A stretch of 64,000 nucleotides of DNA. It comes from Anthoceros angustus. Lineage: Eukaryota; Plantae; Anthocerotophyta. The notes beneath the pieces are model-generated. The model was not told where the DNA came from. It made no database searches and saw nothing but the letters and a program-made list of their open reading frames with translations. Shown here one piece after another: positions 1-12,999 of this stretch; the first letter of the stretch is position 1; each line of letters begins with the position of its first letter. The DNA is taken from NCBI GenBank assembly GCA_010909165.1, contig MU008156.1, forward strand, positions 682,001 to 746,000, in the 5' to 3' direction. Made by a program: the position numbers and the translations under genes.

Positions 1-2049
1 CTTTTCCCAAGTATTTATTCGGGTGAAGACAACACTTTTCTTGTTTCGTCGTTAACACATGGCATGACTATGTCCATGTTTCCCCTCTTTCGTGCGAGAT
101 GTAAATAGTGCATATATGTAGAACTAACACATTAATTGTTCCTAATAATCAGGATTGAATGATATTACTTACCTCCTTGCCATCTTGGAGGTGGAAATTG
201 CAGCAAAAAAAACTAAATTATCCTTGGGTTCAGCAGGTCCCATGTATAAGCGATGCAGGCTTCTCAAGTTGACCCACTTGCGGATGCAAATACCATTAAA
301 AAGGTACAAGAAACTAGCTTTGCTACATCGACAAGAACAAAGAAGATGGAGCTGCGAATGCTTTCCAACTAATTTTAGAAGCACAAACTATTCTTTTGGA
401 TAAAAGGTGCGAGATTTTGATACTCAAATCCAAAAATCTCGCATGTCATAAGGCATGAGCTACGCAAGCAGTTCCACAATAAAACGTCTTGCAAGGAGCA
501 TAATAATTTGCTGAAAAAACTTCAAAAAATTCAAAAACAGCAAAATGAGTTCTACCAACGACGCAATCATAACCTTCCAACTCCAAGTTTTGACGAAGAT
601 CAAAATTATTATTCTAAACAAGAGTACCGGGATAAACAATATTGTGATGAAGAGTATTAAAGTACCATCCGGATGCTACATGCATATAAATATAAAACTT
701 CTTTAACATGACATGCCCCATGGTAATGAGCTCTTTGTTTTTCTTTATACATAGTTTTATAATATTTGTAGATCAACGTTGTGAATTTGAGCTACATTAA
801 TAAAACATGTTTTTGTATGAAAAACTATGCATTATACTTGAAGAAAAATCGTACGTTTTCACTTACATATAATGTACAAAAACTGTGCCTTCTGCAAGCA
901 TACCTCTCACACCACACAAACACTCAAACTTTTCCGGGGGCACTACAACTTCTATATCATGCTCGTGCAAAACAAAATAAACTCATTCCAAAAACGCAGT
1001 TCGATATGACCTCTTCTGCCTTGCCTCGTAGTTACTCGCCTTCTTGGGGGGGGGTTAAATTTGTGATTGCATTATGGTAACTACCGCTGAAACTGGCAAT
1101 TCAAGGGGTGGTGGTTCTATGACTACCTGGTTCTGCTCCACCTCCTCTTCTCCTTTGAGTGTCCTCCACATCCACCTCCGCGTTTGCCTCGTCTTTATGC
1201 TCTTCAACTGACAATTTTTGCAATCCAAGCTCCTTACTATTCGACCCAGCTTCCTCATAAGAAGATGAAAAGTCCAGCAATTGTTGGAAGATGCCGGCAA
1301 TTCTCCCCCCTCCTTCCCTTCCTCACCAATGCGAGCTTGCTACTCTAAATTTGAGGGTATCTTTGCCTCCAAGCTCGCTCCAATCCGTTGTGATTCTACA
1401 ACTCCTTGCTACTCCTACACCGGGTTGCTGGGGTTTGTAATTTCCCGGTGTGCGTGCATTGGGTTGCTGGGATTTGCGATTTCTTGGTGCTCTTTGTCCT
1501 CTCCTCCTAGATTGAAGTTGCCTTAGCTCAGAGTGTGCCTTCCCCCTCTTGCTCTTCCTCCCCATGCTCCTGCTGGCCTTCCTCCCTATCCGCTTCTACC
1601 AAATGGTTCTGGAATCAAAAATTGCGGTTGCAGGCTTAAGGGTGGTAGCATGGTTTGGTGATACACTTTAGTACCATATGGCTTGGGACACTTGGTTACT
1701 TTGAAAAGACGAGAGAGATGTGAGAGGGTGACTTTAAGTTTTCATTAAAATAATATTTCAATATATTTTAGTTTCACTTTTATATACTTTTACGTTTGCT
1801 ATTATTTACTTTAACTTACTTTACTTTTACTTCAGATCTCTGTTTTCATTCGGTGGTAAGTCAACCCGCCGTTTACCCCAATTTCGACCTTACGCGTGGG
1901 CGCACTCTCGCTATTGCCATCCCGGGCTCAGTGTTGAGTTGATCCTTCGTCCGCCCTGAGACAGCCTGGATGCAATCTCCTGCACTTGCTCGCCCACATC
2001 CGGCCGACAGTCGCACACACTCCGCGGGCTCGGAAGATCGCATGCTCCA

Positions 2050-5000
2050 GCTCTGGTTGTTGTAATCAACCCTTTGTGCTGCATTGTGAGCTATGTGGGG
2101 CTTCTTATAGGAGCCCTCCTTCTTCGGAGCGGGCTCCCCACATGCAAGCTCGGCTGGCAGGAATCAGTTTTGTTTGTGCAGTTTGAAGGTAATGCCTTGT
2201 GTGTGGCAATTAGTGTTTTGCGGCTTGTGAGGCTTGCTCTTGTGTGCACATGTGCGAGTGCGGCGTGAGGTGTTGGCCTTGGAGGCGTGAGGTGTTGGCC
2301 TTGGAGTGGGTGCCGGCGTGCGGCTTCTCATTGTCTGTGGTGGTCTTGAAGAACTTGAGCACGCTGCGGTCTTGTGTGGACATGTGCATGCTCAAGTGAG
2401 GTCTTTGGGCGTGTGAGGTGCTCAGTGGGTGCGAGTGCGGCTCCTTTGATCATTCCTTGTGTGCAATGTCACGTGAAGGACTTGAGCGAGTAATGCTCTT
2501 GTGTGCACATGTGTAGGTGCTGTGAGGTGGTGGCATTGTGATTTTGTTGGAGTGGGTGCCGAGTGCGGCTTCTCCTTGTGTCTTGATGTTGTAGTGAAGA
2601 ACTTGAGCACGCTGCGGTCTTGTGTGCACATGTGCGAGTTATTTGTGAGGTCTTTGGGCGTGTGAGGGTGCTGGCCTTGGAGTGGGTGCCGAGGTGCAGC
2701 TTCTCTGATCTGCTCCTGTGTGTGCTGTCGCTGAAGAACTTGAGCCGGCTTAATGCAAATGTGTGCACATGTGCAGGTATCTGGAGTGGGTGCTGAGGTG
2801 CTCAGGTGTTGGAGTGACATGGCTTCCTCTGATGAGGAGGAGACATTAGGCATCTCAAGGAATCAAAAGCGTGCCCTCAAAAACATGTTGAGCCGCTCAC
2901 AGTGTGAGTCGAGCCTTGAGGCGGTGCCAAAGTGGGCGTTCCGCTGGTCTTGGCATGAAGGAGACTACAACTTGCGGGTGGAAGGAGTGGATGTTCGCCA
3001 AAGCAAGTTGCAGCAAGGTTTGAGGGAGGCAGTGGGCGGCCAGGACGTGCTTACCCTCTGGTTTGGGGTAACAGGAGTAGGTAATGATGCTTATGGGTGG
3101 AAGGGATCAGATAAGTTGTCAGACAAGGAGTGGAGAAACATCGACGACTTGGTTTTCAAGATATAAGCGAGTTAATCTTGGGGCAAGATCCCTAGGTTGA
3201 TGGCCATTGGCATCCTTGTTGAGAAAAAGTTGCACGCAGTGCATCGGTTGTTGTAATCAACCCTTTGTGCTGCATTGTGAGCTATGTGGGGCTTCTTATA
3301 GGAGCCCTCCCTTCCCTTCTGTGCAGGACGCGGGCTCCCCACATGCAAGCTCGAGCTGCGGCAGCAGGAATCAGCGGTTTTGTTTGTGCAGTTTTGAAGG
3401 TAATGTGCCTTGTGTGTGGCAATTAGTGTTTTGCGGCTTGTGAGGCTTGCTTAACGCTCTTGTGTGCACATGTGCAGGGTCTGGGGCTGTGAGATGCTGT
3501 GCGCGTGAGGGTGCTGGCCTTGGAGCGGGTGCCGACGTGCGGCTTCTCATTGTCTGTGGTGTCACTGAAGAACTTGAGCCGGCTTAACGGTCTTGTGTGG
3601 ACATGTGCATGCTCAAGGGCTGTGAGGTGCTGGGCGTGTGAGGGTGCTCCAGTGGGTGCCGAGGTGCAGCTCCTTTGATCATTCCTTGTGTGCAATGTCA
3701 CAGTGAAGGACTTGAGCCTGAGTAATGCTCTTGTGTGCACATGTGTAGGTGCTAGGCTTGTGAGGTGGTGGCATTGTGATTTTGTTGGAGTGGGTGCCGA
3801 TGTGCAGCTTCTCCTTGTGTGCGGTGTTGTAGTGAAGAACTTGAGCCTGCTTTGCGGTCTTGTGTGCACATGTGCTAGGCTTGTGAGGTCTTTGGGCGTG
3901 TGAGGGTGCTGGCCTTGAGTGGTGCCGAGGTGCGGCTCCTTTGATCATTCCTTGTGTGCAATGTCACGTGAAGAACTTGAGCGGCTTAATGCAAATGTGT
4001 GCACATGTGTATCTGGAGTGGGTGCCGAGGTGCTGTGTGTTGGAGTGACATGGCTTCCTCCGATGAGGAGGAGACATTAGGCATCTCAAGGAATCAAAAG
4101 CGTGCCCTCAAAAACATGTTGAGCCGCCACGTGTGAGTCGAGCCTTGGAGGCGGTGCCAAAGTGGAAGCTGCCCACTGGTCTTGCATGAAGGAGACTACA
4201 ACTGCGGGTGGAAGGAGTGGATGTTCGCCAAAGCAAGTTGCAGCAAGGTTTGAGGGAGGCGGCGGCCAGACGTGCTTACCCTCCGGTTTGGGGTAACAGT
4301 AGGTAATGATGCTTATGGGTGGAAGGGATCGATCACGACAAGGAGTGGAGAAACATCGACGACTTGGTTTTCAAGATGGCAAGCGAGTTAGTCTTGGGGG
4401 AAGATCCCTAGGTTGATGGCCATTGGCATCCTTGTTGAGAAAAAGTTGCAGTGCATCGGTTGGTGGCCTATGCACGGAAAACTAATGAGGTAAAGGCCTC
4501 CAAGCACAAGAATGTGAGGACATGGAGAAGGATAAGAAAGTGCACAAGGAGAAGGAGACCCATGGATCACATGGCCCTATGGCGAGGTCACGAGCAAGGG
4601 AAGGGCAAGAAGGCATGTTGGGGCGGTGTCCTCGGACTCGAGGACACAGTGATGAGGTGTGGCCGGTGGAGAGCAAGACCAAAGGAGGACTTGCATGCAG
4701 GCGTGAGCAAGAATGTATTCAAGAGGAGGTTGATGTCATAGTGCGGTGAGGAGGACGGAAACCATGTGTTCGAGCGGAGGATGTAGAACCGGAGGCAGTG
4801 CAATGTCGTGGGTTTTCCTTATAGTTTTAGATTCCCTGCGGTTTAAGATTCATGAGTGCTACCCTTAGGTCATGTGCTTTGCTTAGGACCTGCAGGACTG
4901 CCTTGAGCCAAGCTCATTTGGAAGGGTTTGTTCCACAGTTTTGCATCCATCACGTTTAATGTTTGAGCTTGATTTATGTGAGCTTGCTCTTATTGATTGC

Positions 5001-6830
5001 ATAGAGGGAGCAACAAGCTTGACAAGTTCTTTGCTGGTTTTGACTTAGCCTCGCCTTGTAAAGTTCACTTACTTGCTAGCTTATCTTTTGTGTGAGCTTG
5101 GTGTTTTACGTGGATTCGAGATAGACTCTTGCGGTAGCTCAATTGTGAGGATTCTTCACGGGAGGGAGGGAGGAGAGGGGCCTCATGGGCATTCCGACAT
5201 CTATCAGTGCGGTTTGGCGGGGGCCATCGGGCACATCAACACCTAGTGGTGTCTTGTCATGTCACGTTGTGCACATGTGTGCACATGTGTAGGTGCTAGG
5301 CTTGTGAGGTGGTGGCATTGTGATTTTGTTGGAGTGGTGCCGAGTGCGGCTTCTCCTTGTGTGTGTTGTAGTGAAGAACTTGAGCCGCTGCGGTCTTGTG
5401 TGCACATGTGCTAGGCTTGTGAGGTCTTTGGGCGTGTGAGGGTGCTGGCCTTGAGTGGTGCCGAGGTGCACTCCGACCGCTCCTGTGTGTGCTGTCACTG
5501 TGAAGAACTTGAGCCGGCTTAATGCAAATGTGTGCACATGTGCAGGTATCTGGAGTGGGTGCTCAGGTGCTCAGGTGTTGGAGTGACATGGCTTCCTCTG
5601 ATGAGGAGGAGACATTAGGCATCTCAAGGAATCAAAAGCGTGCCCTCAAAAACATGTTGAGCCGCTCACAGTGTGTGAGTCGAGCCTTGGAGGCAGTGCC
5701 AAAGTGGAAGCTGCCCACTGGTCTTGCATGAAGGAGACTACAACTGCGGGTGGAAGGAGTGGATGTTCGCCAAAGCAAGTTGCAACAAGGTTTGAGGGAG
5801 GCAGTGGGCGGCCAGGACGTGCTTACCCTCTGGTTTGGGGTAACTGGAACAGGTAATGATGCTTATGGGTGGAAGGGATCAGATAAGCTATCAGACAAGG
5901 AGTGGAGAAACATCGACGACTTGGTTTTCAAGATAAGCGAGTTAGTACTGGGGGGCAGAAGATCCCTAGGTTGATGGCCATTGGCATCCTTGTTAAGAAA
6001 AAGCTGCACAGGTCTGTCAGTTGGCTGGCCTATGCACAGAAAACAAATGAGGTAAAGGCCTCCAAGCACAAGAAATGTGAGGACATGGAGAAGGAGAAGA
6101 AAATGCACAAGGAGAAGGAGACCCATGGATCACGTGGCCCTATGACGAGGTCACAGAGCAAGGGAAGGGCAAGAAGGTCAGAGTGGGCTAGTGTCCCTGA
6201 CTGAGGACACCGGGTGAGACAGACGCCGGGTGGAGAGCAAGACCCAAAGGAGGACTTGCATGCAGGAGCGTGAGCAAGAATGTATTCAAGAGGAGGTTGA
6301 TGTCATAGCGGTGAGGAGGACGGAAACCATGCGCCCGAGCGGAGGATGTAGAACCGGAGGCAGTGCAATGTCGTGGGTTTTCCTTATAGTTTTAGATTCC
6401 CTGCGGTTTAAGATTCATGTGAGTGCTACCCTTAGGTCATGTGCTTTGCTTAGGACTGCAGGACTGCCTTGAGCCCAATCGCTCATTTGGAAGGGTTTGT
6501 TCCACAGTTTTCGCATCCATCACGTTTAATGTTTGAGCTTGATTTATGTGAGCTTGCTCTTATTGATTGCATAGAGGGAGCAACAAGCTTGACAAGTTCT
6601 TTGCTGGTTGACTTAGCCTCGCCTTGTAAAGTTCACTTATACCGCTAATCGTATGTGCTTTGTGTGAGCTTGGTGTTTTCGTGGATTCGAGATAGACTCT
6701 TGCGGTAGCTCAATTGTGAGGATTCTTCACGGAGGGGAGGGAGGGAGAGGGGCCTCATGGGCATTCCGACATCTATCAGTGCGGTTTGGCGGGGGCCATC
6801 GGGCACATCAACACCTAGTGGTGTCTTGTC
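2050..6830 (+). mobile_element. Degenerate LTR-retrotransposon-like block, internally tandem-duplicated (about 2050-3250, 3250-4455, partial third copy from about 5275)
   Basis: The segment encoding MASSDEEETLGISRNQKRALKNMLSR recurs at about 2820, 4050 and 5589. An about 130-bp subrepeat (gaagaacttgagc...gtgtgcacatgtg) recurs throughout. ORF ends read GPMARSRA/GPMTRSQS, reminiscent of Gypsy integrase tails, followed by purine-rich aagaggagg and TGTCATAG. No RT or integrase core was seen. Confidence 0.4.
4734..5241 (+). repeat. Putative LTR (second copy 6301-6813)
   Basis: Two about 510-bp copies start TGTCATAG after a PPT-like tract and end ...catcaaCA, followed by a weak PBS-like agtggtgtc. 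Confidence 0.35.
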
Positions 6831-6944
6831 ATGTCATGTCCGCATGTAGTGTGCTTGTCATGTCGTCGTCCTTTGCGATCCGTCATGCATGGCCGGGTGG
6901 TGATACGGTGACGCCTTGGAGTGTGGTATTCACGCGGTGGAAGT

Positions 6945-7260
6945 GATGATTTGTTCATGCTCATCATGTCACGCCAGCACCGTAAGCATTTGTTCATGCC
7001 GCCATCGTGTCACGCCAGCACCGTAGGCATCCGCTCATGCTCATCATCGTGTCACGCCAGCACCGTAGGCATCCGCTCATGCTCATCATGTCACGCCAGT
7101 GCACGGGCAATTGTTCATCATCATCATGTCACTTTGTGCACTTGTGGGCATTTGTTCATGCCATCATGTCACGCACATGTGGGCATTTGTTCATGCCGTC
7201 ATCATGTCACGCCAGCACTGTGGCATTTCTCCGCCATGTCATGTTGTCATGGACATCTTA
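6945..7260. repeat. Tandem repeat, about 36-39 bp unit (tcatgctcatcatgtcacgccagcaccgtaggcat)
   Basis: About 7 diverged copies are directly visible. Confidence 0.8.
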
Positions 7261-7624
7261 ACAATTCGATGCCATTGTTATTATGTGACATTGTGGACAC
7301 ATGGGCAGCTATTCATCTTGGCATTCTGTCACATTTTGGACCAGGGCACTTTCTCATCTTGTCTTCTTGGGTGGCATGGTGGACATGTTAGCATTTCCTC
7401 AAGTTGTCGTGTGCACACTTGTTTTCGTGGTGGGATACGCTAGAGTTGCACACAAAGATCAAAACGCAACTGGTGGAAGACCTCATCTCCTTGTCAAGCA
7501 AGAGACCAGTGTCGGTGATTGCAAGCGAGGAGACAAGCAACCTTGCAGCAAAAATTGCTCTAGGGGAGCTCACAGGCGCGCCCTTGGCGCAATCTGCTAT
7601 AACAAGGAGGTGCGGTTATGTGGA

Positions 7625-10250
7625 GTCATCAACTTCATACTCACGAGCTAACCTAATTATGTCTTGTCGCTGCGGTAGAAGATGCACATGTTGCTCGTGT
7701 CCGGGCAATTGTGCGGTCACGAGGCGGCGGACAATCGAGCCAACAACAAAAGCGTGGCGCCCTCAGCACTTAATCGGAGGATTTACATGATGCCTTTGGC
7801 GCATACATAGCTTGACGCTCAAGAAAGAAAGGACTCCTCAATGGATTCCAGCCCTTCTTACACTAGCGAATGTAGCCCTCCGGATCACGAAGTCTGCGTG
7901 CACCGGTACTTCGCCGTATGCATGCCTTGTTTTGTGTCGAGATCTATTCCATGCATCTAAGCGCAATTGGTTTTGTGGTGCTATGTAGGGATTCGGATGC
8001 TATGACTTTGTTTTCCTCCCTTGTGGGCCTTTTTTCACGATGTATGCCTCTACCAACACATCTTTGGTCGGTGACTGCCCCAATCGCTTGTTCTCTTCAA
8101 GTCCAGTGGTTGCGGGCCAAGGGTTGGCCATTCACTAGTGGAGTCCAACGGATGCAGGAGCGTGACCGAGGCGAGTGGGCGAGCATTATCATGGTACTGC
8201 AGAATTCCACATCATGGAGCACCGCTTTGGAAGAATTGTTGGGGACTGTTGCACAGATAGTGCCCCTGGTGACTCACATAAGAAGGCAGTTCATGAGTCT
8301 CCTGGTTAGTAGTGCTCTAAGGTTGTTGCTTTGCATGGAAAAGCTATATACAGACCTTTGTGCTAACAGCAATTCTGCTTGTCCCTAGGCACATATAGTA
8401 GGCTGCTGCCCCTGTCCTCGCTTGGCGGTATTGAGGCGTTGATCACACCACCACGTGGGCAGCGGCCACCTATCCCAAAGCAGCCCGATTCAGTTCGCCC
8501 CTGTTGGCCAATGCACAACTATGTCATGGAATCGCGGATCTGGTGGTCCCCGGTCTCAAACCAGATTGAGTCCTGGTGAGGCACGTACTACGGTGCAATG
8601 TGGCGGTATTTGGCCCACTCATGTGGCGATCCAGTGTCATGTTTGGGGTTGGCTCCTTTGGTTGATGCGAGATGCCTCTCACGTGGCGACTTCTTTGTTC
8701 TTGGCCCCAGTTTTGATTCCACTCACGACATGGGTCAAATTGGTGGTGGCCACAAGGTGGGCACCCATGTGGCCGTTCGGCTCCAACAAGGCCACCTACA
8801 ACTCGTGTGTTGAAGATCGCAATGCGGTGGAAGAGGATACCCGGCGAAGAGGATACCGGTGGAAGAGGATACCCGAGGATACCAGTTTTCTACACCGAGT
8901 CGTGCGGTGGAGCGCCATCAACTTCATACTCACACGAGCTGACCTAATTATGTCATCGCTGCGGTAGAAGATGCACATGTTGCTCGTGTCCGGGCACAAT
9001 TGTGCGGTCACGAGGCGGCGGACAATCGAGAGCCAACAACAAAAGCGTGACGCCCAACGAATCGTTAATGGCGGAGGATTTACATGATGCCTTTGGCCGC
9101 ATACATAGCTTGACGCTCAAGAAAGAAAGGACTCCTCAATGGATTCCAGCCCTTCTTACACTAGCCGAATGTAGCCCTCCGGATCACGGCGTCGCGTACA
9201 CCTGTACTTCGCCGTATGCATGCCTTGTTTTGTGTAATCGAGATCTGTTCCATGCATCTAACTGCAATTGGTTTTGTGGTGCTATGTAGGGGATTCGGAT
9301 GCTATGACTTTGTTTTCCTCCCTTGTGGGCACTGTTTTCACGATGTATGCCTCTACCAACACATGCGTGGTGACTGCCCCAATCCTGCTTGTTCTCTTCA
9401 AGTCCCGGCACAGTGGCTGCAGGCCAAGGGTTGGCCATTCACTAGTGGAGTCCAACCAGATGCCTGGGAACGTGACCAGGAACGAGAGTGGACAGAGCAT
9501 TATCATGGCTGCCTGCAGGAATTCCACATCATGGAGCACCGTTTGGAAGAATTGTTGGGGACTGGTGTTGCACAGGATAGTGCCCCTGGTGACTCACATA
9601 AGAAGGCAGTTCATGAGTCTCCTGGTTAGTAGTGCTCTAAGGTTGTTGCTTTGCATGGAAAAGCTATATATGCACCTTGTGCTAATAGCACTGCTTGTCC
9701 CTAGGCACATATAGTAGGCTGCTGCCCCTGTCCTCGCTTGGCGGTACTGAGGCGTTGATCACACCACCACGTGGGCAGCGGCCACCTATCCCAAAGCAGC
9801 CCGATTCAGTTCGCCCCTGTTGGCCAATGCACAACTATGTCATGGAATCGCCAGATCTGGTGGTCCCCAGGTCTCAAACCAGGGATTGAGTCCTGGTGAG
9901 GCACGTACTACAGGGTGCAATGTGACGCGGTATTTGGCCCACTCATGTGGCAGTCCAGCAGTGTCATGTTTGGGGTTGGCTCCTTTGGTTGATGCAGATG
10001 CCTCTCACGTGGCGACTTCTTTGTTTGCTGGCCCCAGTTTTCAGTTCCACTCACTGACATGGGTCAGATTGGTGGTGTGCCACAAGGTGGGCACCCATGT
10101 GTGGCCGTTCAGCTCCAACAAGGCCAGCCTACAACTCGGTGTGTTGAAGATCGCAATGCGGCAGTGGAAGAGGATACCCAGGCAGTGGAAGAGGATACCG
10201 GTGGAAGAGGATACCGGTGGAAGAGGATACCTGTGTTTTCTACACCGAGA
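7625..10250 (+). repeat. About 1.3-kb tandem duplication (7625-8915 / 8915-10250)
   Basis: The anchor catcaacttcatactc...ctaattatgtc at about 7627 and 8917 is followed by colinear sequence differing mostly by small indels. Confidence 0.85.
9002..9629 (+). pseudogene. Frameshifted RING-finger (RING-H2-like) ORF in the repeat block; more degraded copy at about 7700-8330
   Basis: It reads [C]VLCRGFGCYDFVFLPCGHCFHDVCLYQHMRGDCPNPAC, i.e. CxxC...CxH-x2-H-x2-C...C-x4-C. The first Cys needs a 1-bp correction. Confidence 0.55.
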
Positions 10251-10254
10251 CGAG

Positions 10255-12970
10255 GTCGTGCGGTGGACACCACCTTGTGCATGATGATGAAACTATGGCT
10301 GTCAAGAATGACACACAGCTTGTGCAGACGAACACGTAACCTGTAGAACTTGTGCCCGTCTGTGTGGAAGTGACCACAGATGCAGAACTGGAAGATGCGG
10401 TGGAGGTGCCCAGCAAGGATGGGGAGGACGTGACCATTATGGCGGTGGCTTTGCAGACTAGTATGGATGTGGCCACTTGTCTTTGGTGTTCAATGGCCGA
10501 TTCTCGCCTCAACAATGCACAACTATGTCATGGAGTCGCCAGATCTGGTGGTCCCTGTGTCTCAAACCTGTGGATTGAGTCCGTGAGGCACGTACTACGG
10601 TGCAATGTGACGCGTATTTGGCCCACTCATGTGGCGATCCAGTGTCATGTTTGGGGTTGGCTCCTTTGGTTGATCAGATGCCTCTCACGTGGCGACTTCT
10701 TTGTTTGTCGGCCCCGCTGGGCCCACTCACCGACATGGGTCAAATTGGTGGTGGCCACAAGGTGGCACCCATGTGTGGGTCACCCAACAAGGCCACCTAC
10801 AACTCGGTGTGTTGAAGATCGCAATGCGGCGGTGGAAGAGGATACCCGGCGGTGGAAGAGGATACCGGTGGAAGAGGATACCAGGCGGTGGAAGAGGATA
10901 CCACGTCACCAGATGACTCGAGGTCGTGCGGTGGACACCACCTTGTGCATGATGATGAAACTCGGGCATCAAGAATGACACCTGACATGCGCACCCTGTA
11001 GAACTTGTGCCGTCGTGGAAGTGACCACGATGCGAGCGGAAGATGAGGTGGAGGTGCCCGGCAAGGATGGGGAGGACGTGACCATTATGGCGTGGCTGCG
11101 GGTGGTATGGATGTGGCCACTTGTCTTGTTCAATGGCGATTCTCTGCTGGTGGGCGGCCACTATGTGTCGAGCCAGGTAAGTGGCTATTGTCATTCATAA
11201 GGATGCGGAGAAATCGCCACTTCGGCATCGGCTATACAGTGGTGGAGGTATCCGTGGACGACGCCGCCTTTGCGTAGAAAAGGCAAGCGAGGCACTCGGG
11301 AACTTTGAAGCGGAAGGGTGCCTCAAGTCCAGGAGACAGGCGTCCCAAGAAAGCTTCACAAAGTGCCATGGTGGAACAACCGGCGGGTTTGGAATTTGGT
11401 GCGTCACTGTGCGGAGATAACTTCATGGTGCGTTCGAGGCACGGTAATAAAGAAAGTTACGTGGTATGTATTGCGTTGCCGAGCCCATGGTCACATTAGC
11501 GAAGATCCAGTGATACGCAAGTCGAAGAAGAGGATACCGGTGGAAGAGGATACCGGTGGAAGAGGATACCAGCAAGAGGATACCGGTGGAAGAGGATACC
11601 TGTGTTTTCTACACCGAGTCGTGCGGTGGACACCCACCTTGTGCATGATGATGAAACTACAAGAATGACACGGCTTGTGCGACGAACACGCAACTCAGAA
11701 CTTGTGCCCGCCTGTGGAAGTGACCATGATGCGTAGCTAGAAGATGAGGTGGAGGTGCCCGGCAAGGATGGGGAGGACGTGACCACTATGGCGTGGCTGC
11801 GGGTATGGATGTGGCCACTTGTCTTTGGTGTTCCAATGGCGATTCTCTTCGGTGGGCGGCCACTATGTGTCGTGCCACCATGAAGTGGCTATTGTCATTC
11901 ATAAGGATGCGGAGAAATCGCCACTTCAAGCATGGGAAGTGGTGGAGGTATCCGGTGGACGGCGTCGATCTTTGCGTAGAAAAGGCAAGCGAGGCACTCG
12001 GGAACTTTGAAAGCGGAAGGGTGCCTCAAGTCCGGAGACCAGGCGTCCCAAGAAAGCTTCACAAAGTGCCATGGTGGAACAACCGGCGGGTTTGGAATTT
12101 GGTCTGGCGTCCACATGCGGAGATAACTTCATGGTGCGTTCGAGGCACGGTAATAAAGAGAAAGTTACGTGGTATGTATTGCGTTGCAGAGCCCATGGTC
12201 ACATTAGTGCAAATCAAGATCCAGTGATACGCAAGTCGAAGAAGAGGATACCGGTGGAAGAGGATACCGGTGGAAGAGGATACCAGCAAGAGGATACCGG
12301 TGGAAGAGGATACCTGTGTTTTCTACACCGAGTCGTGCGGTGGACACCCACCTTGTGCATGATGATGAAACTACAAGAATGACACGGCTTGTGCGACGAA
12401 CACGCAACTCAGAACTTGTGCCCGCCTGTGGAAGTGACCATGATGCGTAACTAGAAGATGAGGTGGAGGTGCCCAGCAAGGATGGGGAGGACGTGACCAT
12501 TATGGCGCGGGCTTTGCAGACCGGTATGGATGTGGCCACTTGTCTTTGGTGTTCCAATGGCCGATTCTATCACGGTGAAGCGGCCACTATGTGTCGTGCC
12601 ACCATGAAGTGGCTATTGTCATTCATAAGGATGCGGAGAAATCGCCACTTCCCGAAGCATCGGCTGCACCTGAAGTGGTGGAGGTATCTGGTGGACGACG
12701 TCAGTCTTTGCGTAGAAAAGGCAAGCCGGAGCAGACTCCAGGAACTTTGAAACGGAAGGGTGCCTCCAAGTCCGGGAGACCAGGGCGTCCCAAGAAAGCT
12801 TCACAAAGTGCCATGGTGGAACAACCGGCAGGTTTGGAATTTGGTGCAGCGTCCCTGTGTGCAGGAGATAACTTCATGGTGCGTTCGAGGCCTGGTAATA
12901 AAGAGAAAGTTCTGTGGTATGTATTATGCTGCATGAGCCCATGGTCACATTATGCAAATCAAGATCCAGT
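10255..12970 (+). repeat. About 700-bp tandem units (starts about 10258, 10927, 11622, 12337) with nested 16-bp ggaagaggataccggt microrepeats
   Basis: The anchor gtgcggtggacac...ttgtgcatgatgatgaaact recurs four times with colinear downstream sequence. Confidence 0.85.
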
Positions 12971-12999
12971 GGGGTGGTGAGATTTTGCAGCAGTGAAAA

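Noticed and set aside
1-1800. Short ORFs (155-403, 781-1080, 1055-1565)
   Set aside because: No recognisable domain or consistent exon structure; likely intergenic or old TE debris.
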